From NCBI GenBank assembly GCA_963675245.1, contig OY775910.1, positions 1,408,001 to 1,472,000 of the forward strand: a DNA stretch of 64,000 nucleotides, written 5' to 3'. A model generated the notes under the pieces. That model was given only the letters and a program-made list of their open reading frames with translations. It searched no databases and was not told the DNA's origin. Positions 1-10,319 of the stretch are shown here, piece after piece. The DNA comes from Acholeplasmataceae bacterium. GTDB lineage: Bacteria; Bacillota_I; Bacilli_A; Acholeplasmatales; Acholeplasmataceae. Made by a program: the position numbers and the translations under genes. Numbering within the stretch: position 1 is the first letter of the stretch; every line of letters starts with the position of its first letter.

Positions 1-90
1 TGTTATGTCTATTTTGATGTATATATTGATTTAGTTCAAGCCAATAGATTCTCTGAAGTATGGGGAATTGATCCAACATATTTCAACTAG
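1..90 (+). CDS. 3' end of an upstream protein (partial, unknown function)
   Basis: Frame +1 is open from base 1 (CYVYFDVYIDLVQANRFSEVWGIDPTYFN*) to TAG at 88-90, 19 bp before the large ORF. Confidence 0.6.
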   Translation, partial: CYVYFDVYIDLVQANRFSEVWGIDPTYFN

Positions 91-109
91 CTAAGGAAAG
101 GTAATAAAT

Positions 110-3100
110 ATGAAACGTGTTATAAAGCGAGTTGCAAGTGTCATTTTAATCATATTAATTGCACTGTTTGCCAGTTCGTTTTTAGGACGCGATTTAATCT
201 ATGCTGATGGTTATCAAACATCATCAGCTTGGATGGGAGAAGATGTTGGTGTTGCTCCACTATCAGACATATCATTCGATAGTGAATATCGTCCTTTTTC
301 ATCTGTTATTGATAATTATTTACTAGTTGATACGAATAAGAAGTATGTGATAGAAACAGCGAAAGATCTCTATATGTTTTCAGAACTTTCGAGAGGTGAT
401 CATTCTGCTCTTTATTTAAGTCTGGATTATGTTTTAGGAAAAGATATTGACTATTTTGCTGCTTTACAAGAAAATATTACCTATTTGTTTACACCTATAG
501 GTTTTAATACACCATTCACTGGCACATTTGATGGACAAGGTTATGAAATAACAAATTTGATCTTCAGATCAGTAAATTCTACTGAAGATTATGATACATA
601 TATGCCAGGTTTAGTATTTTATTCTATGTTTTCAAAAACGTCTTCAACAGCTGTCATTGAAAATTTAGGTTTAATCAATCCTTTAATAGTACAAGCAATT
701 GAAGAAGGTGCTATGACACATGTCTCAGTTTTAGTCGGAGAAAATAGAGGATTAGTTAAAAATGTTTACTACTTAGATAATCGTGGTGACTCATCAGGAA
801 TCAATGCAGAAGGTAATTTCTTTATATCTGGGTTGGTTTCTAGAAATCTCGGTACAGTGACTAACGCATTTGTTTCATCACCACATATTCGAAGTCTCGC
901 TATTATCAACAATTTAGCAACATCGGTATTAATTTATTCAAACTCTGGCACCATTGAAAATCTTTATTATGATAGTGATGTATATGAAGATGAAGCAACA
1001 ACATCAGTCACAAATGGTACTGGATTAAGTACATTGGACTTTCAAAATCCAAACAATTTTAATAGTGATTGGTATTTCAGTGATTCATATACAGGATTAA
1101 CAACTGATCCTAATCTTATTAGTCAAACCATCATTGATGCTACATATCCAACGCTTCAAGGTATTGAAGTTGAAAATGGCACTATTCTAATAAATGATGC
1201 TGTTGATTTTGTTTACATGAATGAATTACTTCAAGTGTCTGGTTTATTTAGATCGTCTGATTATATTGTGACACATGATATTGATATGAACCAAGTCTCA
1301 CGTAAAGCTTATCAAGCAGCAAGTGTGGGTTTTTCTGGTTCATTATCAAGTCGATTGGCAGCACCTGAAACAACGCTTTATACGCATCAATCTACACAAG
1401 GTGGATCTTATTTATATCATACGATTATTGGTTTAAAAATCAGTGAAGCGACATTAATTGGTAATTATGCTAGTTATGCATTATTTAGTTCATTATTTGG
1501 TCAAATAAGTCATTTGAACTTATGGGACTTAACAATTATTCCAGAAAATATAATTGAAACAGTGAATCGCGATAAAATTTTAATTGGTGGATTAGCTGCG
1601 AAAGCAACGACAGCGACGATTAATGATGTACATCTTCAAATAACGATTGATATACCAAATGAAATGACGGCACTAGGACAATTGTTAATCGGTGGTATGA
1701 TTGCTGAAGGCTCAGCAACAATTGATTATGTATCAACAACGGGTACTATTGATGAAATGAATTTGACATATAGTTCAAGAGCTAATTATTCTGCTATTGC
1801 TGGTTTAATCGCACATCCAACAAATGCAAGCGCTACACACGCATTAAATCATATAGACATACTTGGACTAAGCTATATAAATACAACAACAGGTACGACT
1901 TATTATGGTGGATTGTTCGGTTTTGGTTCTGTGAACACCTTAGAACGTGTTGTTAATCACGGTGATATCACAACCCAATCTTCCGGATATGTTTATGAGA
2001 CATATGTGGGCGGTATTATTGGTTATCAAGAAGATCTACTTGAAGATATTCAATACGCATATAATAGTGGTAACTTATTACAACACATCAATCAAGAACA
2101 ACATTATCACTTAGCCGGATTTGGTACCGTTGAAGATCTTGAAGATGATTTGGATATTGTTTCAATAACGAATAGTGGATTAATTCAAGTCGATATGATT
2201 ACGGAAATGTCTGAAGCAAATTTACTTGCTATTGATGGTTATGTTTCAGGTGTTCTAATTAGTTATGCTGATGGTGAGATTACAGGTTTATTTCAAACAA
2301 GAAATCAAGATATTGATATTTCAGCCATTTCTTATTTTGCTGGGACACTTTTAGCACTAGATCAAACTGATTTAGTCATGAAACAATCTTATCAAACAGG
2401 TAACCTTGATTTTTATAGTTCGAATATATTGACTCATGATGAATTACATATATCATTGAATGTTTTTGGCACAAATTTGACACAGGAACATTTACGACAA
2501 GAAGGAGATGCAAGTATCTATCTAACAGAAGACTCTTCATCATCTTTAGTCAATGCTAAATTCTTTATTTATGGTGTCATACAAGAAGTTAGTCAAAATT
2601 ATTACGCGAAAGATCTATTTAATGGTGGTAATATCACGTTAGATAAAGATAGTGGTGCTGATATTGTATATGACATCTATATAGGGGGAATTGCTTTTCA
2701 AAATAGAAATACTAATTTTTACTCAGAACATAATATAGATCATGCATCCATCGATATTGAGACCATTGATGGACCTATAAATACAGTTTTAAATAGTGGA
2801 AATATCACGGTTCGCGGTGACTTTGATGGACATGTAAAAGTAGCTGGTATTTTAGTCATGAATGAATCTTTGTTAACTAATGCCATTAATTTAGGAGACA
2901 TTGATATTAGAAATGATGCACAAAGCGCAAATGACCAAATTGAAGCAGCTGGTATTGTATATTTAATGACAAGTGAGTATTCTCAAGTAAGAGATACTGC
3001 AAACAATGGCGATATCGTTGTTGTATCTACATCAAGTGTCGGCTATACACATGCTGCTGGTATTGTCCTAAGGAATGATTTAAATGAGGATTTATCGGTG

Positions 3101-6100
3101 AATTCAATTGGTAGTAATAAGCAGCTTGGTAAAGTGATGTTTAGCATTAATTATGGCAATATTTTTTCATATAATGGTACCAATGAAAGTAGTTATACGA
3201 TTACGTATGAAACACGGTCAAAAGCATCAAGTATATTTGGTATTGGTTTATTATCAGTAGTTAATAATTTCAATTATGGTAATGTCTTTAGTCGCTATTT
3301 AGGTGCTGGTATATTTGGATTTATTTATTATAATCGTTTTGGTGCAATTAATGCAGATGAAGTCTATATATCCAATAATATTAATTATGGTAAAGTTCGT
3401 CAAGTGACGGGTTATAGCAAGAATTCTGAGGTATTCACATATAGTATGTCAACCACACCAAATGAAAGTGAACCTTATGCTTTTGGTGCGATTGTTGGCA
3501 AAATACATATCGGAACTAGTACATGGACATTTCTAGGTAACACGACATACGCCATTGATCGTATCTATTTTGGTTATTTACTAAACTTTGATCCACTAAT
3601 AAATATGTTCGCAAGCGCACCAAGTCCTACTGGGTCCTGGTATGATTTGTTAGGAGGAGATTCAGAAGACGCTAACGCTATATTATTACAAATGTTAGAA
3701 TATATGGCAACTACTAATCCTGCAGATGAATCGGCAGCGCCTTTTACAAGATTTGAAACTGGTGGCTGGATTTCAGGTGAATTCAGTAAAGTCATTACTT
3801 ATCTTGGTGTTTCTGAAAATGAAGATGGTATGTTTTATGAAGGCTTTGGCTTCAGAAGCCAACGACCAGTTTTTAGTGGTACGGATCAATATATAGCTGA
3901 TTACATTGATTATATTCCTGTTGAAAAAGTGAATAATAATTTACTAACTACCATTGAAACCGATACATCATATGCGTATCCTGGTATTTATACATTAGCA
4001 TCCTCAACAGGTATTGGTAATGGGATTTTTATTCCTGATAATTTTACTTTAGAAGGTTTACATCCTTACGATATTGATAGTTCAAATCCTGACCTATCAT
4101 GGGTAGGTGTGACAACAGATCCAACATCAATTAGTTATGCATTATATGAAGAAATGAGACAAATAAATGTCTCATCTGCAACAACAATATATAATTTAGA
4201 GATTATTCAAACTGACATAAATGGCAATCCAATTCAAGACGGATTGACATTATCAAATCCTGTTATTGATGAAGAACGGGGATTGTTGACATATTATATT
4301 CCAAGTAATGCGGTAATTTTAAGTGGTAATACACCAACGTTAAAAGATGTTGACACATACACTGAAGCTGGCCCTGGTGTGACAGGTGTTAGAGTGATTC
4401 CTGAAATACCAGGTAGTGGTTCGATTGAATATGCATATGTTGGCACTCATGTTCGAAGTGGTACTTCGATGATTCCAATTGGACCATATGCAAGTACTGG
4501 TATATATAATCTAACCAACGATCCTAGTAATCCATATGGATATCCACGTGTTGATTCAGTATATAATACATTACCTGAAGCACTTTATGATTGGGTCATT
4601 GCAGGAGATGCATCAGGATCTGGTATTACAGGTAATTTATTTACACATGTACCACACACTAGAACACGTGTCTTATTTTGGTATCGATATGATGCAACTG
4701 GATATCGTGTAGATCGAGTAGGTGGTGCTCAGTCAGCTGGCTATGGTGCTTATAAATATGTCAATTACACCTATTCTTGGGGTACTACTATTCAACGCTA
4801 TGAATATGTTGGTCCAAACCCTGCTTTGGAAACATATGTTTATTCTGGGACAATCAGTGATGTTGATATTTATAATGATTCATCTGTTCGTTTTAAGGCG
4901 AATACAGAAAGTGAATCATATAGTATATCTGAAAATGCGAGTTTAACATATATGGATTCAGATATTCAAACACTTGTATCAATTCCTAGAGCATATGGTA
5001 TTTATGAAAGCATGTATGAAGGAACAACATATATTGATTCAGTAAGTGATCACTATGGTTCTGTTAGAGTTTTCTCTGCGTCATACAATCCTTTAGATTC
5101 ATCTACCTATAGAGATTATGAAATAAGAATCATTCGTACTGCAAATGAATCTATTACAGATTTATCACTACTTAATGTCAATTATCAAAATGGGTTAGAT
5201 ACACCATATAATTATCAAGACGCAACCAGTACAGTAGATCTCTATTATGAGTATGATGGCATTAATGGCACAATCGTTTGGGCATATGATACATACAACA
5301 TACCAGATTTATATAACATTAGACCACTGGTTGAACTCTTTGATAATAATACTCAAGTTAAAGTCAGTTCAAGCTATTATCGATTATCTCAAGGTATCGT
5401 AGAAACTGAAAGTACATTCAACAATCTGACGGGTAGTTGGGGTGTTGGTAGTGTACAAACGAGATTTGAAATTAAAGACGATTTTCCAAGTGGTAATTAC
5501 ACATTATCACTCACTTTAGTGAGTGGATTATCCTATGATATCACCTTCGATAAGATGGAGAGTGCAAACACTTCCGTATTAGAAATCGTTTATCAAGATG
5601 AAGTCATTACACCTACTGGAATGAGTTATACATCTGAGATTCCATATGGTATATATTATCAAATAGGAAATGAAGAAACAGACATTGTTAATTTTACAAA
5701 TTTATCATCATTAACTGATATATATTATACTGACGTTTCAACAAATTTACCTGATTATCTTGAGGGTTTAACGCTATCAACGTTTACGACGATTGATGAC
5801 ATATCTCTTTCAGTAAGCATTATTAATGGTTATCAACATCAATATGCTATTGCATATCATTTAAGTGCTGAAAATGGTTCAACTGCAACCTTTACGCACT
5901 ATTTAGTAGAAGCACCAATGTCTGTCACACCACAGAACATTTATAAAAATGGTGGTGCGTTATCATCCGTTATTGATCCTGTTAATATTGGATATGAAGA
6001 AGCCCCTACCATGCGTGTTGAGTATGCGTTTAATAAAGTATTTTTCCCAGGTGATTCAGTTTTGTCATTGGTTCAAGGATTCACACCGGATAACATTGGT

Positions 6101-7609
6101 GAAACAGCAGTCGAAAATGAAGATTTCTATATGCAAACGATTGATGATGTCGGTTATGAAATTGATTTTGATCGTGATACACCAAAGGGTGAATATACAT
6201 TTCAATTAACGTATAGCAATAGTGTTTTAATATGGGGTCAAACGATTTCTTGGAACTATGTGATGGATACGATTTATGCAGAAAAACTTCCAAATGATAA
6301 TTCACATTTAACCAATATATTATTCGCTTCTGAGTCAGTGTTTGATGAAGTATTGGATGCTTTTAATACCATTATTGAAATTGATGAAGTCACACCATTA
6401 GAATATGAGCAATATTATAATCCGGAAAATCCAACACAACGTGAAATCGTTGCACTACCAACGAGTGGTATTGACTATGATATTTATTATGACTATCCAG
6501 CTTATTGGGTTGTAGGGCAAGTACAACAAACAAACTTGTCAGCTTATTTACCTACATTTTATTTGCCGGATGGTGCATCAATTTATCGAGTAATTGATGA
6601 AGTGAATGTTGGTCCAGAATATCAATCAACATTACTCGCAGCAGATTTTGCAGACTTTGGTACAGGTGAGAGCTTAAACTTTGTTCACTATCGTATCTAT
6701 GCAGAAGATTATGTAACGTATCCTACACATTATACGGATTATTATATTGCTGTTCAAGATACGACAAATAACATTAAGTTTGATGTCACAGTCATTAACG
6801 ACACAGATCAACGTATTGATGAAGTCTTTATTCATGTAAACGTTGCTCAAGTTGGACCAGATTATGAAGATGAAATTACAAATGACATGATTGCAGTATC
6901 CATGAACCTATTTTCTTATTATGATCCAGCATCCATGAGTTACACAAATAATCAATTTATGACATCGATGTATGGTAGATATATGGTTCATGTGGATTTA
7001 CCTGAAGGATTTACTGTAAGCATCGTGTCTCAACAGTTAATTGATCCAGCATCTATGTATTTAGAATCTTCGCGTATTCCTAGAAGATATTATGTAACCA
7101 TTCATATCATTGAAGATACACCAACATCAAGTGAATGGGGATATCAAGAAATTTATGAATTTTCATTATATGAAGATGCTTTAGTCCAAGGGTATACATA
7201 TCATCAAGGAGACAGATTCTTATACAATAATCAAACCTATGAAGTTCAACCTGGATATACATATATATATGATGGCTCAACAAATGCACCAGATACATTT
7301 TCAGCAATTGGATTAAGAAATGTTGATATAAACTATGATCAATTTTCGACCTATTTAATGGGTGATATCGTGTATCATAATGGTGCTTATTATCAAGCAC
7401 TTAGCAGTGTGATAAATGATATCACACCAGATCAAATAAGTGTTGGTAGTGGTACATGGTATGAATTGTCAGAAGATTGGCTAAGTTATAATCATTATGC
7501 TATAGGTGCTAGAGTTTATTACAATGGTGATTATTATATTGCAATAACCAGTAATTACAATGCAAATCCAGAGACTAGTCCATTAGATTGGGAACTTCAA
7601 ATTGTTTAA
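110..7609 (+). CDS. Giant (2499 aa) secreted or membrane-anchored surface protein with GLUG-like repeats and C-terminal CBM5/12-like carbohydrate-binding repeats
   Basis: RBS AAGGAAAGG; basic-then-hydrophobic N-terminus; FTPIG..FTGTFDGQGYEITNL block; recurring NxGxI motifs; three C-terminal YxxGxxVxYNGxxY-type repeats. Confidence 0.85.
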   Translation: MKRVIKRVASVILIILIALFASSFLGRDLIYADGYQTSSAWMGEDVGVAPLSDISFDSEYRPFSSVIDNYLLVDTNKKYVIETAKDLYMFSELSRGDHSALYLSLDYVLGKDIDYFAALQENITYLFTPIGFNTPFTGTFDGQGYEITNLIFRSVNSTEDYDTYMPGLVFYSMFSKTSSTAVIENLGLINPLIVQAIEEGAMTHVSVLVGENRGLVKNVYYLDNRGDSSGINAEGNFFISGLVSRNLGTVTNAFVSSPHIRSLAIINNLATSVLIYSNSGTIENLYYDSDVYEDEATTSVTNGTGLSTLDFQNPNNFNSDWYFSDSYTGLTTDPNLISQTIIDATYPTLQGIEVENGTILINDAVDFVYMNELLQVSGLFRSSDYIVTHDIDMNQVSRKAYQAASVGFSGSLSSRLAAPETTLYTHQSTQGGSYLYHTIIGLKISEATLIGNYASYALFSSLFGQISHLNLWDLTIIPENIIETVNRDKILIGGLAAKATTATINDVHLQITIDIPNEMTALGQLLIGGMIAEGSATIDYVSTTGTIDEMNLTYSSRANYSAIAGLIAHPTNASATHALNHIDILGLSYINTTTGTTYYGGLFGFGSVNTLERVVNHGDITTQSSGYVYETYVGGIIGYQEDLLEDIQYAYNSGNLLQHINQEQHYHLAGFGTVEDLEDDLDIVSITNSGLIQVDMITEMSEANLLAIDGYVSGVLISYADGEITGLFQTRNQDIDISAISYFAGTLLALDQTDLVMKQSYQTGNLDFYSSNILTHDELHISLNVFGTNLTQEHLRQEGDASIYLTEDSSSSLVNAKFFIYGVIQEVSQNYYAKDLFNGGNITLDKDSGADIVYDIYIGGIAFQNRNTNFYSEHNIDHASIDIETIDGPINTVLNSGNITVRGDFDGHVKVAGILVMNESLLTNAINLGDIDIRNDAQSANDQIEAAGIVYLMTSEYSQVRDTANNGDIVVVSTSSVGYTHAAGIVLRNDLNEDLSVNSIGSNKQLGKVMFSINYGNIFSYNGTNESSYTITYETRSKASSIFGIGLLSVVNNFNYGNVFSRYLGAGIFGFIYYNRFGAINADEVYISNNINYGKVRQVTGYSKNSEVFTYSMSTTPNESEPYAFGAIVGKIHIGTSTWTFLGNTTYAIDRIYFGYLLNFDPLINMFASAPSPTGSWYDLLGGDSEDANAILLQMLEYMATTNPADESAAPFTRFETGGWISGEFSKVITYLGVSENEDGMFYEGFGFRSQRPVFSGTDQYIADYIDYIPVEKVNNNLLTTIETDTSYAYPGIYTLASSTGIGNGIFIPDNFTLEGLHPYDIDSSNPDLSWVGVTTDPTSISYALYEEMRQINVSSATTIYNLEIIQTDINGNPIQDGLTLSNPVIDEERGLLTYYIPSNAVILSGNTPTLKDVDTYTEAGPGVTGVRVIPEIPGSGSIEYAYVGTHVRSGTSMIPIGPYASTGIYNLTNDPSNPYGYPRVDSVYNTLPEALYDWVIAGDASGSGITGNLFTHVPHTRTRVLFWYRYDATGYRVDRVGGAQSAGYGAYKYVNYTYSWGTTIQRYEYVGPNPALETYVYSGTISDVDIYNDSSVRFKANTESESYSISENASLTYMDSDIQTLVSIPRAYGIYESMYEGTTYIDSVSDHYGSVRVFSASYNPLDSSTYRDYEIRIIRTANESITDLSLLNVNYQNGLDTPYNYQDATSTVDLYYEYDGINGTIVWAYDTYNIPDLYNIRPLVELFDNNTQVKVSSSYYRLSQGIVETESTFNNLTGSWGVGSVQTRFEIKDDFPSGNYTLSLTLVSGLSYDITFDKMESANTSVLEIVYQDEVITPTGMSYTSEIPYGIYYQIGNEETDIVNFTNLSSLTDIYYTDVSTNLPDYLEGLTLSTFTTIDDISLSVSIINGYQHQYAIAYHLSAENGSTATFTHYLVEAPMSVTPQNIYKNGGALSSVIDPVNIGYEEAPTMRVEYAFNKVFFPGDSVLSLVQGFTPDNIGETAVENEDFYMQTIDDVGYEIDFDRDTPKGEYTFQLTYSNSVLIWGQTISWNYVMDTIYAEKLPNDNSHLTNILFASESVFDEVLDAFNTIIEIDEVTPLEYEQYYNPENPTQREIVALPTSGIDYDIYYDYPAYWVVGQVQQTNLSAYLPTFYLPDGASIYRVIDEVNVGPEYQSTLLAADFADFGTGESLNFVHYRIYAEDYVTYPTHYTDYYIAVQDTTNNIKFDVTVINDTDQRIDEVFIHVNVAQVGPDYEDEITNDMIAVSMNLFSYYDPASMSYTNNQFMTSMYGRYMVHVDLPEGFTVSIVSQQLIDPASMYLESSRIPRRYYVTIHIIEDTPTSSEWGYQEIYEFSLYEDALVQGYTYHQGDRFLYNNQTYEVQPGYTYIYDGSTNAPDTFSAIGLRNVDINYDQFSTYLMGDIVYHNGAYYQALSSVINDITPDQISVGSGTWYELSEDWLSYNHYAIGARVYYNGDYYIAITSNYNANPETSPLDWELQIV

Positions 7610-7620
7610 GTTGAATGTCA

Positions 7621-7660
7621 AAAAAACACTCCTATAAAAGAACTTATAGAGGTGTTTTTT
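7621..7660. terminator. Bidirectional intrinsic terminator
   Basis: AAAAAACAC..TATAA / TTATA..GTGTTTTTT hairpin between convergent genes. Confidence 0.7.
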
Positions 7661-7674
7661 ATATATTAAATCAG

Positions 7675-8340
7675 TTACCGATCCTTTAATAATTTCGAAT
7701 AAATTACTGCAGAACATATACAAGGTGGTTCGCCACAAACGGAACAATGACATCCACTTTCTAAACTTGATTGATACCAGTAGTGTGGAATTTCAAAGTC
7801 TCTTTTAAACCCAGTTTTCATAAGTACACCATGAAGGTTTGTTCCTAATTTTGATTTCCAAGCAATCGTAAAGACGGTTTTTCTTTCTTGGGTTTTGAAA
7901 GTGTTAAGGGCATCTTGTATCAGACTTGTACCAATACCTAAACCCTTAAAATGTTTATTAATCGCGATTGTCTTTATCACACCTAAATCATCAGCGCCAG
8001 ATAAGGGATATGGAATAGCTTCTTGATCAATATTTAGCAATTCGGGGAGTTCTTCATCATCTAATATAAATGAAATACAAAAACCAAGCACTTTATAGGT
8101 TCTCATATCAACAGCAGTTCTACCGATATAACCACTGTTTGGTGTAATGCATTTTGTAAGTAAGTCATGTGTGACGTAATCTTGACCGAGTTGTTTGTCA
8201 GCAATTCTATATATCTCTGAAAAATGTCTACTCGTCATATCAATAATTGTGAATGTATCGACCGTTGGTCTCGTTGCACGTTTATTTAATATTAAGTCTG
8301 TGGCATTTTCTTTTTTATCGATAGGTTTAAAATAGTACAT
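7675..8340 (-). CDS. GNAT family N-acetyltransferase with C-terminal Cys cluster
   Basis: Acetyl-CoA motif FKGLGIGTSL; CHCSVCGEPPCIC tail; start moved to ATG 8340, 7 nt after GGAGG. Confidence 0.8.
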   Translation of the reverse strand: MYYFKPIDKKENATDLILNKRATRPTVDTFTIIDMTSRHFSEIYRIADKQLGQDYVTHDLLTKCITPNSGYIGRTAVDMRTYKVLGFCISFILDDEELPELLNIDQEAIPYPLSGADDLGVIKTIAINKHFKGLGIGTSLIQDALNTFKTQERKTVFTIAWKSKLGTNLHGVLMKTGFKRDFEIPHYWYQSSLESGCHCSVCGEPPCICSAVIYSKLLKDR

Positions 8341-8437
8341 AATCATACCTCCCTGAAATGAAAACAACCGATTGTACGGTTGTATTCTTGTTGTAATTAT
8401 AGTATATATGAAAAGTGAATGAATGTAAAATGTTGGA

Positions 8438-9406
8438 TTAAGATTCAAATGGAAACTTCAAACCAATCTGAGATCTAATTTGATCCATCAATTTCATGGT
8501 TTCTAACGTTTTTTGAAGTGGTATGATCTGATTTTCTAACTGTTTGTTCTCAATCGTATGGACGAATGATCTAATTTCATGAACAAATCCTTCACCTTCA
8601 TAAGGAAATTTCATCTTTTTACCATTAATGGTTAGCGATTGACATTCATGAAAATGATTCATGACAACAGTCGCTTTTTCAAATTTAAATGTCGCGTAAT
8701 TCCCTTTAGCACTAGTCATACTATGCTCAATCTTATATGTCGTACCGTTTTCTTCGGAAATATTTATTATACCTTTTTTATCTACACCAGTTCTAGTAAA
8801 AGAAGCCTTAGCTTGTAAGTGAGTGAGTTTTGATTTTTCTAGTAACGATATAAAGCTAACTGGATATATGCCTAAATCTAATAAACTACCACCAGCAAGA
8901 TTAGGATTTAATAAACGTCCATCGGTTGATTTGAAATGAGCAATCGGCAAACAAAATACAAATTTAGCTTTTAGTAAATTACCAAAATGATTTTCTTTTA
9001 TCTTAGAAAGCAAGTAGTTTACAGAAGGTAAAAAATGCGTCCACATCGCTTCCATGAGGAGGACTTTGTTTTTTTCAGCAACTTGTTTCATTTCCATAAA
9101 TTCATCGGCATTAACAGATGCGGGTTTCTCTACTAAAACATGTTTACGATGTTTTAAAAATAAGATAGCATGCTCTTTATGAAAACGATGAGGTGTTGCA
9201 ATATAGACTGCATCAATTTTATCACTTTTTGCCATATCTTCATAACTACCAAATGCATATTTACACTGATAATAAGCCTTATGCGCTTCAGCACTTTCTA
9301 ATGATCTTGCTGAAACTGCTGTGAGTTCAGCATGTGCTACTAATTTAAGATCTCTTGCAAATTTCTTTGCAATACCACCAGCACCGACAATACCAAATCT
9401 AATCAT
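8438..9406 (-). CDS. Gfo/Idh/MocA family oxidoreductase
   Basis: GIVGAGGIA Rossmann motif, YIATPH, HVLVEKP, GGSLLDLGIY. Confidence 0.9.
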   Translation of the reverse strand: MIRFGIVGAGGIAKKFARDLKLVAHAELTAVSARSLESAEAHKAYYQCKYAFGSYEDMAKSDKIDAVYIATPHRFHKEHAILFLKHRKHVLVEKPASVNADEFMEMKQVAEKNKVLLMEAMWTHFLPSVNYLLSKIKENHFGNLLKAKFVFCLPIAHFKSTDGRLLNPNLAGGSLLDLGIYPVSFISLLEKSKLTHLQAKASFTRTGVDKKGIINISEENGTTYKIEHSMTSAKGNYATFKFEKATVVMNHFHECQSLTINGKKMKFPYEGEGFVHEIRSFVHTIENKQLENQIIPLQKTLETMKLMDQIRSQIGLKFPFES

Positions 9407-9429
9407 TTAAAACACCACCTTTTATATGT

Positions 9430-10173
9430 CTATTCAAATAATAGTCTCGTAAGATATAAGGATATTTTTTCCTGAATAAGAGATTGTTGAGTTTGTGTTG
9501 TGATGGTTGCTTCACCATCACTAGATTGAGGACCATAAAAACCAAAACCAGCATGATTACCACCATCTATGATGACGATTTCTACTTGATCGTTATAATT
9601 AATCTGACTATTATCAAAGTTTTCTTGATCTAATACTAAATCGTTTGAAGCGGTAATCAGTAAGACGTTTTTATCAGTTAAATCAACCGTTGAATAACTA
9701 CCAAGTAAAATAACTGTACTGATGTCATCATGTTTTGCAGCCACCATACTCGCGACAACACCACCTAAAGAATGACCAACAATGACATTATCCAAATCTT
9801 CATCAATATATCTTGCTGCTTGATTTGGTGATAAAATCGCTAGATTGAATAATGGTTTAACTATGGTGACGTTATTATTTGATAAAGCAAGAATAGAAGC
9901 TAAAAATTTATAACTATCAGGTGACACTAACCCACCTGGGATAATAATTATATGCCTTAATGGTTGATTGTTTGTATAGGTAATTGAAAATGTATTTTCT
10001 TCTATAACGATTTGATCCATATCAAGCATGTCGATATAGTCATACATCTCATCTGATGGTTCATAGGAAAAGCTCGAATAAATCCATAATGAGATCACGA
10101 GTAATGTGACAATAAAAACAAGAGATAAACCAATTTTTATGAAGATGTTTAACTTTTTTTTATGTGCTATCAT
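9430..10173 (-). CDS. Membrane-anchored alpha/beta hydrolase
   Basis: N-terminal TM; GHSLGG nucleophile elbow; GGNHAGFG. Confidence 0.85.
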   Translation of the reverse strand: MIAHKKKLNIFIKIGLSLVFIVTLLVISLWIYSSFSYEPSDEMYDYIDMLDMDQIVIEENTFSITYTNNQPLRHIIIIPGGLVSPDSYKFLASILALSNNNVTIVKPLFNLAILSPNQAARYIDEDLDNVIVGHSLGGVVASMVAAKHDDISTVILLGSYSTVDLTDKNVLLITASNDLVLDQENFDNSQINYNDQVEIVIIDGGNHAGFGFYGPQSSDGEATITTQTQQSLIQEKISLYLTRLLFE

Positions 10174-10319
10174 ATATGACCTTTGAAAGAGTTGTTTTAC
10201 AGTTTAATTATACACAGTAAATCATTTAAAAGCAAAGATACCATATAATGATAAAGATGACGTTATAACGAAGTTATCTGTAAGATTTAAATAGTGGTAT
10301 ACTACAAATAGGAGGCGAT

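Noticed and set aside
110..7609. Giant protein as a ZmpB/M26 metalloprotease or DGR target
   Set aside because: No HExxH seen; no reverse transcriptase or template repeat in the window
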